Source of the DNA: the human T2T-CHM13v2.0 reference genome, Homo sapiens
Assembly (NCBI RefSeq): GCF_009914755.1
Contig: NC_060929.1
Length of the DNA: 64,000 nucleotides
Reading direction: 5' to 3' (one strand)
Below are positions 50,671-64,000 of this stretch, in pieces; position 1 is the first letter of the stretch, and every line of letters starts with the position of its first letter. The notes beneath the pieces were generated by a model. The model was not told the origin of the DNA, did no database searches, and saw only the letters and a list, made by a program, of their open reading frames with translations. The translations under genes were made by a program, and so were the position numbers.

Positions 50671-51986
50671 ATGTGGGTACACATGACTATTTAATACAGA
50701 AGTAAGATTGTAGTTAAATAAATGTTTCTCTTTAAAAATATTAAATATAAAAATTGCTACATTTATTCTAATCCTATGTCAAAATAATGTTTAATCAATA
50801 CAAACAAAACAATTAAAAAGTGCTGTAAAACCAGATACAATTTGAGAAAGCACAAATAGGAGGCAAAGATAAGCATTTCACAGGAAAGCTCTACAACAAT
50901 ATATAATATAATAATAATGTTTAACTGCTTACATGGTTGCTTTGAGCTTCATCTTAAGCTTATTCTCACTGCTAAGTATTTTTGTCCATCCATAAAAACC
51001 TCACCTTGATTTACCCTTATTAACCATTGTCATGTTGCTAATTTGTTTGACTCTATGACTATGTTTTTTAAACAATTCAAATTTGTAGTCCACTTGTCAT
51101 AAATAGCTCAAAACAAATGAAGTGATTTTTGCCTATTTTCCTTTTTTATAAGTAAATATCTATGGTCTTACTAGTCAGTAATTTGAAATAAAAACTGATG
51201 GTTTTGAGACTGCATGCCTACTTAGTTGTATTTTTTCCCTGTCTCATGAAGCCCCATAATATAAAATGTATACTTTATATATATATAAATATATGTATAT
51301 ACATATATACATTAACATGTATTTATACATATATGTCATGTATATGTACACACATTTACATGCACACACATATTAAGGAATTATGGATTCTGGGTCTATA
51401 CCTAGTTCTTTGATTAACTATTTGATTTACATAAATTACTTAGCAATACTGAATTTCCTGAAATGCAAATGTTGGGGGTTGGATAAATATCTAAGGACTC
51501 TGCTAACCTTAATATAGTATAAATTTTTAAATCTCAGTGGCCCATTTTTATAGTCACAGAATACAATTTTATAATTAGTGAGTTTAAAAAGCTGGAAAGA
51601 AAAAAGAAATAAATGCTCTATTGTCCTGCTGCCATCACAATTTCTATTTCTATCTAAATTACACAAAGCATCAATCAAAATAATTATAGATATCAAAAAT
51701 GTTAAAAGCAGAGAAACACACCCAATAAATTACTGACTCCCTTATAAAATCTATGATGACAATGTTGTTAGGCTTAAATTTTATTTAAATTTACCATTTA
51801 ATGACATTCTCATAAATGTCAAGTTAAAAGTAAAACCCCTTATGCTTAATTCTATTCTTATGCTTGGTTGTTTTTTTCAAAAAATATAATAATGAAAATA
51901 TAGTAAAGTGTAGGAAATGAAAGCAAGTATGTGACTTTCAATTTATTATTGTTTAATTCAAATAGCATCAAATTAAGTTGAAATAT

Positions 51987-52090
51987 GGCCTGACGCAGTG
52001 GCTCATGCTTGTAATCCTAGCACTTTGGGAGGCCGAGGCGAGCGGATCACAAGGTCAAGAGACTGAGACCATCCTGGCCAACATGGTGAA
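51987..52090 (+). mobile_element. 5' third of an AluSc-like element, 3'-truncated
   Basis: GGATCACAAGGTCAAGAGACTGAGACCATCCTGGCCAACATGGTGAA, then the Alu stops abruptly. Confidence 0.85.
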
Positions 52091-52109
52091 GGAAAAGATA
52101 AAAGAACCA

Positions 52110-52419
52110 ATTCTCCCAAGACCATTCTTAAAGATAGAATCGGTTCTTTTGTCTTTTCCAGCACCTGGAGGCCACTTGCTTTCCTCCATGCCACAGAGTA
52201 GCACATTCAAATTCTCTCTGATTCTCTTGGCTCCCTTTTATAAAGACCCTCGTGATTACATTTGGCCCACTGGATAATCTAGGATAATGACTCCATTATA
52301 AGATTCTTAACTAAATCACAGAGGTAAAGTCCCCTCTACCATGTAGGTTTGCATATATACAGAATGGAGTAATTAGGACATGGATATCTTTACTCTACCC
52401 ATCGCAGTTGCCTACCAAA
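52110..52419 (-). mobile_element. MLT1C/D-type MaLR LTR fragment
   Basis: TATAAAGACCCTCGTGATTACATTTGGCCCACTGGATAATCTAGGATAAT..ATTAGGACATGGATATCTTT. Confidence 0.75.
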
Positions 52420-52524
52420 ATTCAATACCACAAAGTTGTATGTCTAGATATTTGAAGAAGACCCATTTGGATTCCAGAGAAACAAGGGTATTTGGAAGAA
52501 TATAATTAGGCTTTGGTGTCACTT

Positions 52525-52715
52525 AAAGCAGGTTTAGAACTCAGAGCTGTCATTTGCCAGATACAGAACCTGTGACAAATTATTCCATCTCTCTTAGTCA
52601 TTTGTATAATTTCTTGAATGGAGATATAAATGAATTGTAAATTGAGGAGTTCTTATGAGAAATGGAAATATCATACCTAGCAAATAGTAAGGTGTTAGTT
52701 ATCTAGTTATTACTG
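52525..52715 (+). mobile_element. MIR SINE, degenerate
   Basis: GGTTTAGAACTCAG..ACCTGTGACAAATTATT..CCTAGCAAATAGTAAGGTG. Confidence 0.55.
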
Positions 52716-53199
52716 AGATTATTAGAGATTAATTCAAATTTTATACATATATCTGAAATTTCTAAAGTTAAGTTATTATCCAGCTACTATACTCATTTCT
52801 ATATCAGATGCTCAGATTTCTAGTTATTTAAGCACATATTATTTTTGTGGCTAGAAACAGCATTGATAGCATAAATAAAGTAAAATATTTACAAGAAAGT
52901 ATTTGAATATGCCACCAAATTATGAATGCATCCTTATTATTTCACATCCCCGCCATATATTTACCCCAGCTGTCCTAACCTGAAAAGTGATCCTTTGCAC
53001 TTGTATGTGACATTTGTATTGCTTGTTTATAGATTTAAAGTTTCTATTCTGCTATTTATTTTTACAAGTCTAGAAAGAAAGAAATGAAATCTATAATTGC
53101 TTAAATTCAGTAAAATAGAGGATATAATATAGGTTGTTACAAAGTGAGTTAGATAATGTGTGAACTATATTATAACCTCTTCTGACACAAATAAGAAAA

Positions 53200-53995
53200 A
53201 TAAAATGAAAAGAGCAAAGAATTAGGCAAATAATATACAAAGGAAATGAACGTGCAAAAGGACAAATGGCCAGTAAACATATGAAAACATTATTCTCAGA
53301 TTTCCTAGAAATCAGGGCAATGCAAAATTTAAATAAGAATGAAATAACTGTTTTACTGATAAAGCAGGCAGAATTTAAAAGATTAATTAGAGTGCTAATG
53401 AGTATGTGAGGAATGAGTACTCATAAGTTTTAGCATAAATTGGTTTTTTTTGGAGATCAATTTGTTAAAATACCAGCATTTCAGTAAACTATCTTTTGTA
53501 TATTTTACAGCACTTTTGTAATAGTGGGAAAATTCTAAAAACCTAGGTGTCCATTTATAAGTACATTTTTACATCAAAGAGGGTCCTTCCATGTTATACG
53601 ACAGTGTGTATCCTCTTAAAGGAGTCTGTTGAAGCTCAATGTACCAATAGGGAGATTTTTAAAGTGTGTTATTAAGTAAAAGCACATTGCAGAACCATAG
53701 AACATGTTAATATCGGTGATTAAAAAAAACTATCTATGTAGCAAATATGTGTGTATATACATTTATATACATATGTGTGTATATACATTTATATACATAT
53801 ATGTGTGTATATGAGTGTATTTGTATACAAATATATGTATGTAAAGGAAGTTTGCCAAAATAAAGATAATACATACCTCTGACTAGGAATGTGAAATTTG
53901 AGTGAGGAAAGATGGAATGTTAATATTTTTCTTTGTGTATTTGTATTTATTAAATCTTCAAATAACATTTTCCTGTACATATGTAAAATTTAAAA
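53200..53995 (+). mobile_element. L1ME-like 3' fragment with an embedded TA-rich tandem repeat (~53744-53840)
   Basis: CAAATGGCCAGTAAACATATGAAAA..ATCAGGGCAATGCAAA; repeated ATATGTGTGTATATACATTTATATAC. Confidence 0.6.
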
Positions 53996-54513
53996 AGAGA
54001 AAAGAATGTTTGGGGTTTATGTATGAAAATAAAGTGAAAGTCATGAAAAGCTATGATTTTTAAATCTTTAGGCTAAACTTTAAGTTATGAGTAGGGTTTT
54101 AGTCAAGCAGAAAGGGTGAGAAAATCCATTTCGGAAAAGCAGAACAGTATGAAAAAGGCATACATGTATAAATGTACACGTGTAATTAGTTCATTTTAGA
54201 GTATACAGTCCTAGATCAGAATATCTTTATTTTTGGCTGTTATCTAGGACATAAACCAATGTAATTAGGAACTTAATTACTCCTTTAATGAGAGTGGTGA
54301 CTACAATATTCCGTGGGGTACCAGCTTAGATTTTATGTAACCTCTAATTAAAATGTAAACATATTTTCAAAGTATAGCAAAATTGCTCTGCATATCCATT
54401 TGTTCCCCTCTTGTTTATAACCACCCATTTTTATTTTATAAATATCCACTAAGGAAAATGAGTATACAGCTTAACTGTTAAGTGTTATTTGAAGTTAGAA
54501 CCATCCCACAATC

Positions 54514-54653
54514 AGAAGAAGGAAGAGGAAAAGGAGAAGGAGAAGGAGAAGGAGAGACCTGGTGGCATAGGAGAAAGAAAAGAAAGGGGTAAGGGTGAAA
54601 GAGGAAAATAAAAGAATGGAAAAGGGAGAAGAAGGAGAAGGAGAAAAAGGAGA
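54514..54653. repeat. GA-rich polypurine tract
   Basis: (GGAGAA)n and GAA-rich, almost purine-only on the + strand. Confidence 0.85.
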
Positions 54654-54669
54654 ACAGTACAGGAACTTG

Positions 54670-55030
54670 TATTCATCCAACCATTCATTTATTGTGGAGC
54701 TATTATATTAAGTATTGCATACTGTCCTAAGAACAGGAACAAGACCAGATTCTATATTCTCAAGACTGTCTGTGGAGTAGAGGGATACGTACAGGTAAAC
54801 AGCTACGTTTAATACAGTGCTAGGAAATCAGAAAAGCTATCGGTAAATCACATAGAAATGGTTTTTCTCCAGAGGTGCAAGGGATCCAAAAAGGCTTCAT
54901 GGACGATTTGATAAATGAATAGATCTGAGAGTGGAGAAATGAACATAATTGCAGCATAGGGAATATTTTAGAGGCAATTACTGCCTGAAATGAAGAGGGA
55001 GCCATATGAACAAGTGCAGAAAGTGACGGA
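54670..55030 (-). mobile_element. L2 3' end fragment
   Basis: ATTCATCCAACCATTCATTTATTG..TACTGTCCTAAG..AAAAGGCTTCATGGA. Confidence 0.55.
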
Positions 55031-57489
55031 ATATCTTGCTGAATAAGTTTGTCATTCAGAAGGACTAAACCCGAGGAGTTATCAGAGGTACAGCTGGAAA
55101 GAGTGGGGTTTGCACTACAAAATATATATATTCCCCTTCTCTTGCATTTCTATACACTTTCTCCTCATTGAGAGATCTTGTCTCTAGATGGGTCACTCTT
55201 GACCAAATTTATCAGTTCATTCTTAAAAGGCTTCCCTTTCTTTCCTCTCTGGCCTAGGCTTGCCATCTTAATACTATTCATTGTCTTACCCATGTTGCCA
55301 GAGCACCTACTTTGGATTCTTACAACGATTACTCTTACATCTCTCAACATATGGACTACTGACTGCTGCAGGAGAAACCACATGATCAGGTTGAATTAAG
55401 CCACTGAAAATTTATGGTCTCCAATAACACATAGTTTCTAAATATTGTGCTGGTAAGTTTGCTCTACCAATCACATCAGAGCTATATTTCAATATCTTAC
55501 TTGTTATTACTCATATTTGTTATGTCCTTTATTGGACATTTAAAAATATGTATATATAATGTATATGTAATGTGTGTACATATATATATAATGTGTGTAT
55601 ACACACACACACACACAGTTCAATTCTATCACCATGCAATAGCTGATTGCTCCTGAAATTCATGTAAATTAATTTTGTAGCATGCACCCTTTTGTGTCTT
55701 TATTTTCCCAACGTAACATAATGATTGTGACGTACATGCGTTGTATATATAACTTCTTATTTTTAACTTATGTTGTCTATGATTATATCACCATACATCT
55801 ATTTTCTTATCAATGGGCTATTTTCAAGTTTGGTTCATCATGCTATGAACATTTTTGTACATATTATTCTTGGATAAATATAAATAATTTCCAATGAATA
55901 TGTAAATAGAGTTGAAATTACTGGCTAATATATATATTGTATGTTATGTTATGATAACATATATGCTATGATTGTTTCAGTGGCTTTACTTTCTCACCAT
56001 CATTCAGCGTTTTCACTCTTTTAAATTTTAAACAATATAAATTAATTTCCATATCCTTGATGACTAATGATTTTGTGCATCTTTCTGTATCCCAATTAGG
56101 GATTTGGATAGATTTTTGTTGAAATGTCTATTTATGCACTTTATCCATTTTTTTAAAAAAACATTAAGACCTTTGCTGTTTTATTATTGAGTTTAGTAGT
56201 TCTTTTTGTAGTCTAGTAGTCAAGTTATTTATCAGATTGTTTTGTCTATTCATTTTCTTAAGGATGCCCTTTGTGAAACAGGTGTTATGCTAATAAAGTT
56301 CAGTTAATCAATTATATTTCTCTTTTTTAATTCACCTGAAGAAATAATTAAATGAACCAAAGTCCTGAAGATATTCTTTTATATTTTTTTCTAGAGTCTA
56401 CAGTTGTACATTCACATTTATGCCTAAAATCTATGTGTAATTAATGACTTATAAATATGATATGATGAAGCAGTCAAAATTATTATTTTTAGAAGTACAG
56501 ATATTCAATTGCTCCAATACCATTTATAGAGAAGGCCATTATTTGCCCCTTGAATTGTGGTGCCACTTTTATTTAAATCTTGCTGTAGTATATGTGTGTC
56601 AATTGCTGGACTTTCTCTTCTCTTCCAGTAGTCTGTTTGTTTCCATTACCACACTGGTTCAATTATTGCAGCTTCAAAATAAGCCTTGAAATCTGGTACT
56701 GTAATGGGTAATTCTGCTAATTCACCTTTAGGATTCTCTTGGCTAGTTTTGGTTTTTGCATTCCCATATTAATTTTAGAAAAAGGTTTTCACACAGACAG
56801 CTTGTTGGGATTTACATTAAAATTATACTATATAGATCAATATATAAATTAAATATGTAATATGCTCAATATAGAGAGAATTGACACCTTAACAGTGTCT
56901 AGTCTTACAATTTATGAGCATGGTTCATCTCTATTTATTTACATTTAAAAATATATCCCATATTTTGAAATTTTGCAAAAATTTCACATTAATTTATAGC
57001 TTTCAGTGTAGGTCTTTAATGCATATTAGATTTCTTCCTCATTATGTGATTTTTTATTTTATTCACTTTTTATTTTTTATTTAACTATTTATTTTTAAAT
57101 TTCATTTTAATTTTGTATTGTTGTATGTATAATGGCCTTATATTTATCAACCTTATAAAATATACTTATTAATTCTAACAATTTATTTTTAGACTATTTT
57201 GTGTTTTTTACATATGCAATTAGGACATTTGTAAATACGAATTTTTATTTCTTCTTTTCCATTTTTATATATTTTCTTTCTCTAGCCTTATTGAACTTTC
57301 TAGGCCTTCCAATAAAATGTTGAATAGAAGTTGTGATAGTGAATGCCCTGTGATGTTTAGGATCTCAGAAGTAAGCATTTAATATTTCACTATATTATTA
57401 TGTTAGCCACATAATTTTTTGGTATCTATCTATTAATTTGTTTATTTTTGGTGACTTGATTTGGTATTTAAGAAATCTGAAAAACTTGA

Positions 57490-57826
57490 GTTTGCCATCC
57501 TTTGAATCCAGGCCACATCAATTGTCATTGTGCTATGATTGTCCCAATTAGAGACACAGCTAATATCCAGCAACAACCGCCAGACACGTGAGTAAGAGGA
57601 TTTCCAGATCATACCATCACGTGAACCTCAATTGTTGAGACTACCTCACTGATCAAGTATTTAAAGCTGAATTCCTACATGCAATGGAACAGAGACAGCC
57701 ATTCCTGCTAGGCTTTGCCCAAATTCCTGATCCACAGAACTGATACTATATGAACGTGATAGCAAAAAGTAATTTTTCATGACAAAATATGTAGTGGTTT
57801 GTTATGTAGTAACAGTAACCAAAACA
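57490..57826 (+). mobile_element. MLT1G/H-type MaLR LTR
   Basis: CCAGCAACAACCGCCAGACACGTGAGT..GCCCAAATTCCTGATCCACAGAA..GGTTTGTTATGTAGTAACAGTAACCAAAACA. Confidence 0.7.
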
Positions 57827-59531
57827 AAAGTTTATATTAAGAAATGTTTCATTTATTTATAGTTTGTTATAATTTTTTAATCATAAAAGCATATTGAATT
57901 TTATCAAATAATTTCTCTGCATCTATTGAGGTGATTATACAGTTATCTTTTATTCTGTTAATGCAGTAAATTACATGGATTTTTTTAAAAAATGTTAAGC
58001 AATTTACATAGCTATGCTAAATCCCAATTAGTCATAATATTTTGTTTCTTATAAAATACTGAAATTATATTTGATAATATTACTTTTAAGACTACTATCT
58101 GTTTATTAGATATATTATACAATAAACTTATGCTTTTGTAATATCCATGTCAGGTATTGATATCAACGTTTTGCTAGTCTCTCATAATGTGTTGGTAAAT
58201 GTTACTTCTCACCATATTCTACAGAAGTGTTAAAAAAAAGAACGGCATTTTTTTTTCATTCATGAATTTTTGAAAGAATTTATTAGTCCAGAAGTCACTG
58301 GACTATTGGGGCCTGGAGCTTTCTTTCTAGGAAGGTTTTTAACTATAAATTCAGTATCTTTAGCAGAATAAGCCTATTTAATTTTTCTTTTTATGTTGTA
58401 CTAAATTATTTTTTCCAAGGAATATGTGCATTTAATTTCCATTTTGTTTTTTCCAAGGAATTCACCCATTTAATTTCCATTTTCAAATGTATAGGTAAAA
58501 TGTTTGAAATATTTTGTAACTTGCCCAAAACATAGTCATTTTTGGTGTTTGTCTATCTTTTATTTGATTTCTTAATATTAACATGGTTATTTTGAAATGT
58601 TTGACTAATAGCTTTAAAGTTTGTATTCTGTCTGGGTCTGTTTATATTCATTATTTTATCTTTCAACTATCAGTCACATTGTTTTTCTACTTTCCATGTC
58701 TAGATGATGATTATGATGATGATGATAATGATTATATGTCTGTTGTTGCAAAGAATACATTGTAGGGGCTCTGAGTTACATTACCATCATCTAAAGTTAG
58801 TTGAAAATTCTTGTGGTAGTTACTTAAACTGCCATTGGCACACCCGAATTCTGTGAAGAATTTTTCTAGGTGACTCTATTTCAGTTTTGTCCTTATTGCT
58901 GAAGCATGTTCCTTACTCTTTGGGCATATTTTTTTTTCTCAAAACCCTTATTAAGGTTTCTCTACTTTGATGGAGCTTGAACTCCATTGTCTGCTTTCTT
59001 TGCACAAATACCACACTATCTTAATTACTGTCATTTTATATCACTTAATATATGGTAGTGAAAACCCAATTTTATCCTACTTTTTTACTATGATTTTGAC
59101 TACTCTTGGCCTTTTTGCATTGTCCTATACATTTTAGAATTGGTTACAGTTTGGGGAAAATTGCCTTCTTTAAAATCTTCTAATACTCGAAAATGGTATA
59201 TCCCTCTATGTGTCTGGTTCTTCCTTAATTTTTCTCAGTAATCTTTTGTGGTCTTTCTGTAGGAATGTTAGACAGAATTTAAAACATTTCTTGCTAGCTT
59301 TCTGATGATGTTAAATAAAACCTTTTAAAAATTTCATTACAAAATTTTGTGTAGCTGGTAGCTAGAAATACAATAGCTATTCACATACTGATTTTAGATT
59401 CAGCAACTTAAAAATTAATAACAAATTATAATCGTTTATCTGCGGGATCCTTTTGCATTTGTCAATATAAACATTTGTGCAACTGAGCATGTCTATTTAT
59501 TTCTTTTTAATTTTTATATTCATGATTTTGA

Positions 59532-59970
<439 letters not shown>

Positions 59971-60949
59971 TAAAGATAATTTTATAAGCTTAAAAAATTT
60001 CGCTTATATCTCTAATTGGGTATTAGTTTTGTTTCATTTTGTCACACATATATTTGAATTCTATTTAATTCTTTTATATTATTTATCAGTATAATCACAC
60101 TATTTCTTGATTTATTAATATGATAAATTACATTGACTTTGGAAATGTTAAAGCAAATTTACTTACTTGCAATTAAGCCAACTTGGTCATGCTATACCAT
60201 ATTAGATTTGATTTGCTAATATTTTGTTTGAAATTTTTGTATATTTTTGAAAAATATGGGTCTAAAGTTTTCCTTTCTTTTAATGTATATTTCATGCTCA
60301 GATATCAAAGTTTTAGTTACTTAATAAAGAGAGTTGGAAACATTATTCTCTTTTTATTTCTTTTATTTTTTCCATCTTCCATTGGTTACTGTGTGAAAGA
60401 TATAAATTCTTCTTAGGCTTAAAGGTTTAAATTCTTCTAAGTAAAGTTTAAAAGTCTACTTCTATGATGTGCTTTGTCTATTACTCTTTTTTGTTCTGTC
60501 AATTTTTGCTTTCTGTATTTTCAAGCTTGTATGTGATAGCTAATAATTGATGAATTTTATATCTTCCCAGTAACCTGGTATTTTAAAATTATATTTTAAA
60601 ATTCCTGTTTTTTTTTTCTGATGTTTCTTTCCTTAAAATCTAATTGGAAAAATTATCTATTTTACTTACTAGTTTTTGTCATATAGTTTTTCCGATTGCT
60701 AACATTTTAATTTCTATTTATATTTAAATGGGTCTGTTTTAGGACCTATGTAGTTGTATTTTTTAATCCAGCTTATCAATCTTGAATTTTATTTGATATA
60801 TTACTCTCTTCACAAGTAGTAAAATTACTGACACACACACACACACACGTATATATTTTAGACAATATAGTTATCATCTTAATATTTGTTTTGTATTCAC
60901 CTTTTCTAAGACCATCCTAGTTTGAAGTCTCTGTTTCAAAGCTGTCCTT

Positions 60950-61900
60950 GGGTCTTTATTGAAGCTCAGCATCTTTCTCTGCCTATCCTGCTTTTCTCTC
61001 CTTCTTTCCACAGGTGTTAATCACCAGAACACTCCTTAATTAATAAAATGTACAGTAAACTATACCTTAGAAGCCGCTTCATGGGGAAGCAGGCAGTCAG
61101 AGAAATTTGTGCAAAGCTGGTTGCTGAATCACATACTGCCTGGGTGGCAGTAAAAACACTATCACTGGTCATAAGTACTGATAAATCCTAAAAAAGTGTT
61201 GATTCAATTGTTCAGTGGTACGTTAAAGGACATACTAGTGAAAATTAATGTATTAATTAGTATAATAGTCCATGTGTTTGATAAATATAGGAGAAGGAGA
61301 AGTAACTCCAAGAATGATGGAACTGGGTACCTATTAGAACAGGATTCCAAAAACTGAGAAAACTAGTCATGAACTGAAAACAGATTTGAAAGTCAGAGGA
61401 CCTCTTTAGTCCCATCTACTGAAGAGAGAGGGTAGAAGAAGCTGAGTAAATGGCCCAGGACATAATTCCAGATTAGCCAAAAAACAAAAAATAAATTATC
61501 AAGCAAGGCAAGTCTGTTATGCCATGGCCAGGTTCCATCTTGGGAAAGAATGAGATTATGATAAGGACAATTCAGGTTAATGCCCCTGAAAATCACAAAT
61601 TCTCAGATTCCCTCAAACTCTCTAAGACTGTACAAGTGATCCACTTATCAAAGTTAAGAGCCATCATCCTGCCTCTTTGTTTGAAGTTAATGCAGAATCT
61701 TCTGCCCTAGTGGGCAATAAGTACCCCGCTCAGGTGTCTCTCCTTCTTCTCATTTGACCAACATAACCTAGAGGAACATGAACAGCACCTGATAAGAGAG
61801 GGGAGGGGAGGGTCTATAACTACAAAATACTGTGTGATAAAAGCAGAATTTACCTGCAGTAGCTGAGAGAAGACATTTGGAATTGTTTTTTGTGAGGGAT
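60950..61900 (+). mobile_element. ERVL remnant: LTR16-like 3' end followed by ERV3-16A3-like internal sequence
   Basis: CACAGGTGTTAATCACCAGAACACTCCTTAAT..AATAAA, then GGCAAGTCTGTTATGCCATGGCCAGG..GGGAAAGAATG. Very diverged. Confidence 0.5.
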
Positions 61901-62110
61901 TAAACAAGGTGTCTACCTTTTTTATTTAGTGTGATTGAAAACATTTGGTCCTTTCCTAGTCAATTTAAAAATATTAAATATTTTAAATGCACAATTATAA
62001 ACATAGAATTATATTTTAATTCATATTACATATGAGGTATTTTCCTATGACCTAGAATTTCATATAAATGTGGTATGTTTCCTGCTTTTGAAGAATCTAC
62101 AGCAGAACAC

Positions 62111-64000
62111 TGATATGGTTTGAATCTGTGTCCCCACCCAAAACTCATGTTGAAATGTAACCCCCAGTGCTGTAGGTGAGACCTGGTGGTAGGTGATTGG
62201 ATCATGAGGGTGGTTTCTAATGGTTTAGCACCATCCCTGTAGTGCAGTTCTCATGATGGAGTTCACAGGAGACCTGCTTGCTTAAAAATGTGTAGCACCT
62301 CCCCAACTCTCTCTTCCTCCTGCACTGGCCATGGGAGGTGTACTCTCCCTTTGCCTTCTGCCATGATTGTACATTTCCTGATGCCTCCCCAGAAACTGAG
62401 CAGACGCCAGCGTCATGTTTCCTGTACAACCTGAGGAGCCATGAGCCAATTAAAACTATTTTATTTTTAAATTACTGATATGGTTTGGATTTATTTCCTC
62501 ACCCAAATCTCATGTTGAATTCTAATCCCCAGTGTTGGAGGACGGGGCTGGCAGGAGGTGATTGGATCACAACGGTGGATTTTCCCCTTGATATTCTCAT
62601 GATAGCAAGTGAGTTCTCACAAGACCTGGTTGTTTAAAACTGTGTGGCACCTTCCCCTTTGCCCTCCTCCTTATTTTCCAGCCATGTAAGATGCGCCTGC
62701 TTCCCCTCTACCTTCCACCATGATTGTAAGTCTCCTGAGACCTCCTCAGCCTTCATGCTTCCCGTGCAGCCTGAAAACTGTGAATTAATTAAACCTCTTT
62801 TCTTCGTAAATTACCCAATCTCAGGTAGTTCTTTATAGCAATGTGAGAATGGACTAATACAGTTTCCCAGTCTCAGGTATTTCTTTATAGCAGGGCGAGA
62901 ACAAACTAATACAGAAAATTGGGACCTAGAAGTGGGGCATTGCTATTAAGATACCTGAAAATGTGGAAACAGCTTTGGAAATGGGTAACAGGCAGAGATT
63001 GGAAGAGTATGGAAGGTTCAGAAGAATACAGGAAGATGAGGGAAAATCTGGAACATCTTAGAGACTTGTTGAATGGTTGTGACCAAAATGCTTGTAGTGA
63101 TATGGATAGTAAAGGCCAGGCTAATGAGGTCTCAGATGGAAATGAAAAACTTATTGGAAACTAGAGCAAAGGTCAGTTTCATTTCTTGGAAAAGCAATTG
63201 TCTACATTGTGCCACTGCAATAGGGCTCCGTGGAACTTTAAACTTGAGAGATGATTTAGAGTATCTGGTAGAAGTTTCTAAGCATCAAAACGTTCAAGAT
63301 ATGCCCTTGTTGCTTCTAGCAGCCAAAGCTTATATTCATGAGCAAAGAGGTGACCTAAAACTAGAACATATTTAAAAGGTTACCATAGTGTAAAAGTTTG
63401 AAAAATGTGCTGCCTGGCCATGTGGTAGAAAAGAAAAACACATTTGCAGGGGAGTAATTCAAGCAGGCTGCAGTAATTTACATAACTAAAAGGATGGCAA
63501 ATTCTAATAGCAGAGACAGTGGGGAAAAGGCTTTGAAAGCATTTCAGAGTCCCTGGTGGAAGCCCCTCCCATCACAGGCCCAGAGGCCTAGGAGGGAAGA
63601 AAGAATGGTTTAGTGGGCCAGGCCCAGTGCCCTGCCACCCTGCACAGTCTCAGGACACTGCTCCTTGTGTCCCAGCCATTCCAGCTTCAGCCACGGCTAA
63701 AAGGGCTCCAGATACAGCTGGGGCCACTGCTTCAGAGGATACAAGCCATAGACTTGGTGGTTTTCATGTGTTGTTGAGCCTGCAGGTGCACAGAGTGCAA
63801 GAATTGAGGCTTGGTTGCTTCCACCTCGATTTCAGAGAACATATGGAAAAGCCTGAACATTTAGGCAGAAGCCTGATGCAGGAGCAAAGCCCTCATGGAG
63901 AATCTCTACTAAACTACAGCAGTGCAGAGGGGAAATGTAGGGTGGGAGACCCCACACAGAGTCCCACCTTGGGCACTGCCTAGTGGAGCTGTGAGAAGAG
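62111..64000 (+). mobile_element. MSTA-like MaLR provirus: 5' LTR 62111-62913 (split by a nested LTR), internal from 62914, running off the window
   Basis: TGATATGGTTTG start, AATGGTTTAGCACCATCCC, ..AACTAATACA end, then GAAAATTGG..AAGATACCTGAAAATGTGGAA internal sequence. Confidence 0.9.
62476..62861 (+). mobile_element. Second MST/THE1-type solo LTR nested in the first LTR
   Basis: Complete TGATATGGTTTGG...GGACTAATACA unit inserted at AAATTAC|CCAGTCTCAGG of the host LTR. Confidence 0.88.

Noticed and set aside
48691-58485. Small tandem duplications (17-bp period at 48691-48723, 38-bp period at 58409-58483; similar ones at ~41447-41497 and ~11121-11139)
   Set aside because: Ordinary slippage duplications with no further structure.

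Overview
Primate genomic DNA, most likely human or great ape, because it carries an L1PA2/3-type L1 with the 5'UTR deletion, an LTR12C and AluS/J elements. It is AT-rich and reads as gene desert or deep intron. I found no host protein-coding exon, tRNA, rRNA or CRISPR array that I can support. Essentially all long ORFs in the track are pieces of LINE-1 ORF1/ORF2 or GC-rich LTR sequence. Main content: a near full-length L1PA3-like element (1-5940, +); an inverted 5'-truncated L1PA4/5-like element (16794-21264, -); a near full-length old L1MC1-like element (31081-37485); MaLR proviruses and solo LTRs (MSTA, MSTD/MLT1A, MLT1C/H); a MER52 solo LTR carrying a nested LTR12C; ERVL remnants; Alu monomers and dimers; and MIR, L2, MER5 and MER20 fossils. 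I do not see a new biological system. The best unexplained signal is that the two inverted young L1s have different subfamily tails yet share at least six identical non-consensus substitutions, including an RT-inactivating FADD->FADN. This points to repeated gene conversion across a ~10.8 kb spacer. Subfamily names and consensus comparisons are from memory of Repbase/Dfam-type consensi and need RepeatMasker confirmation.
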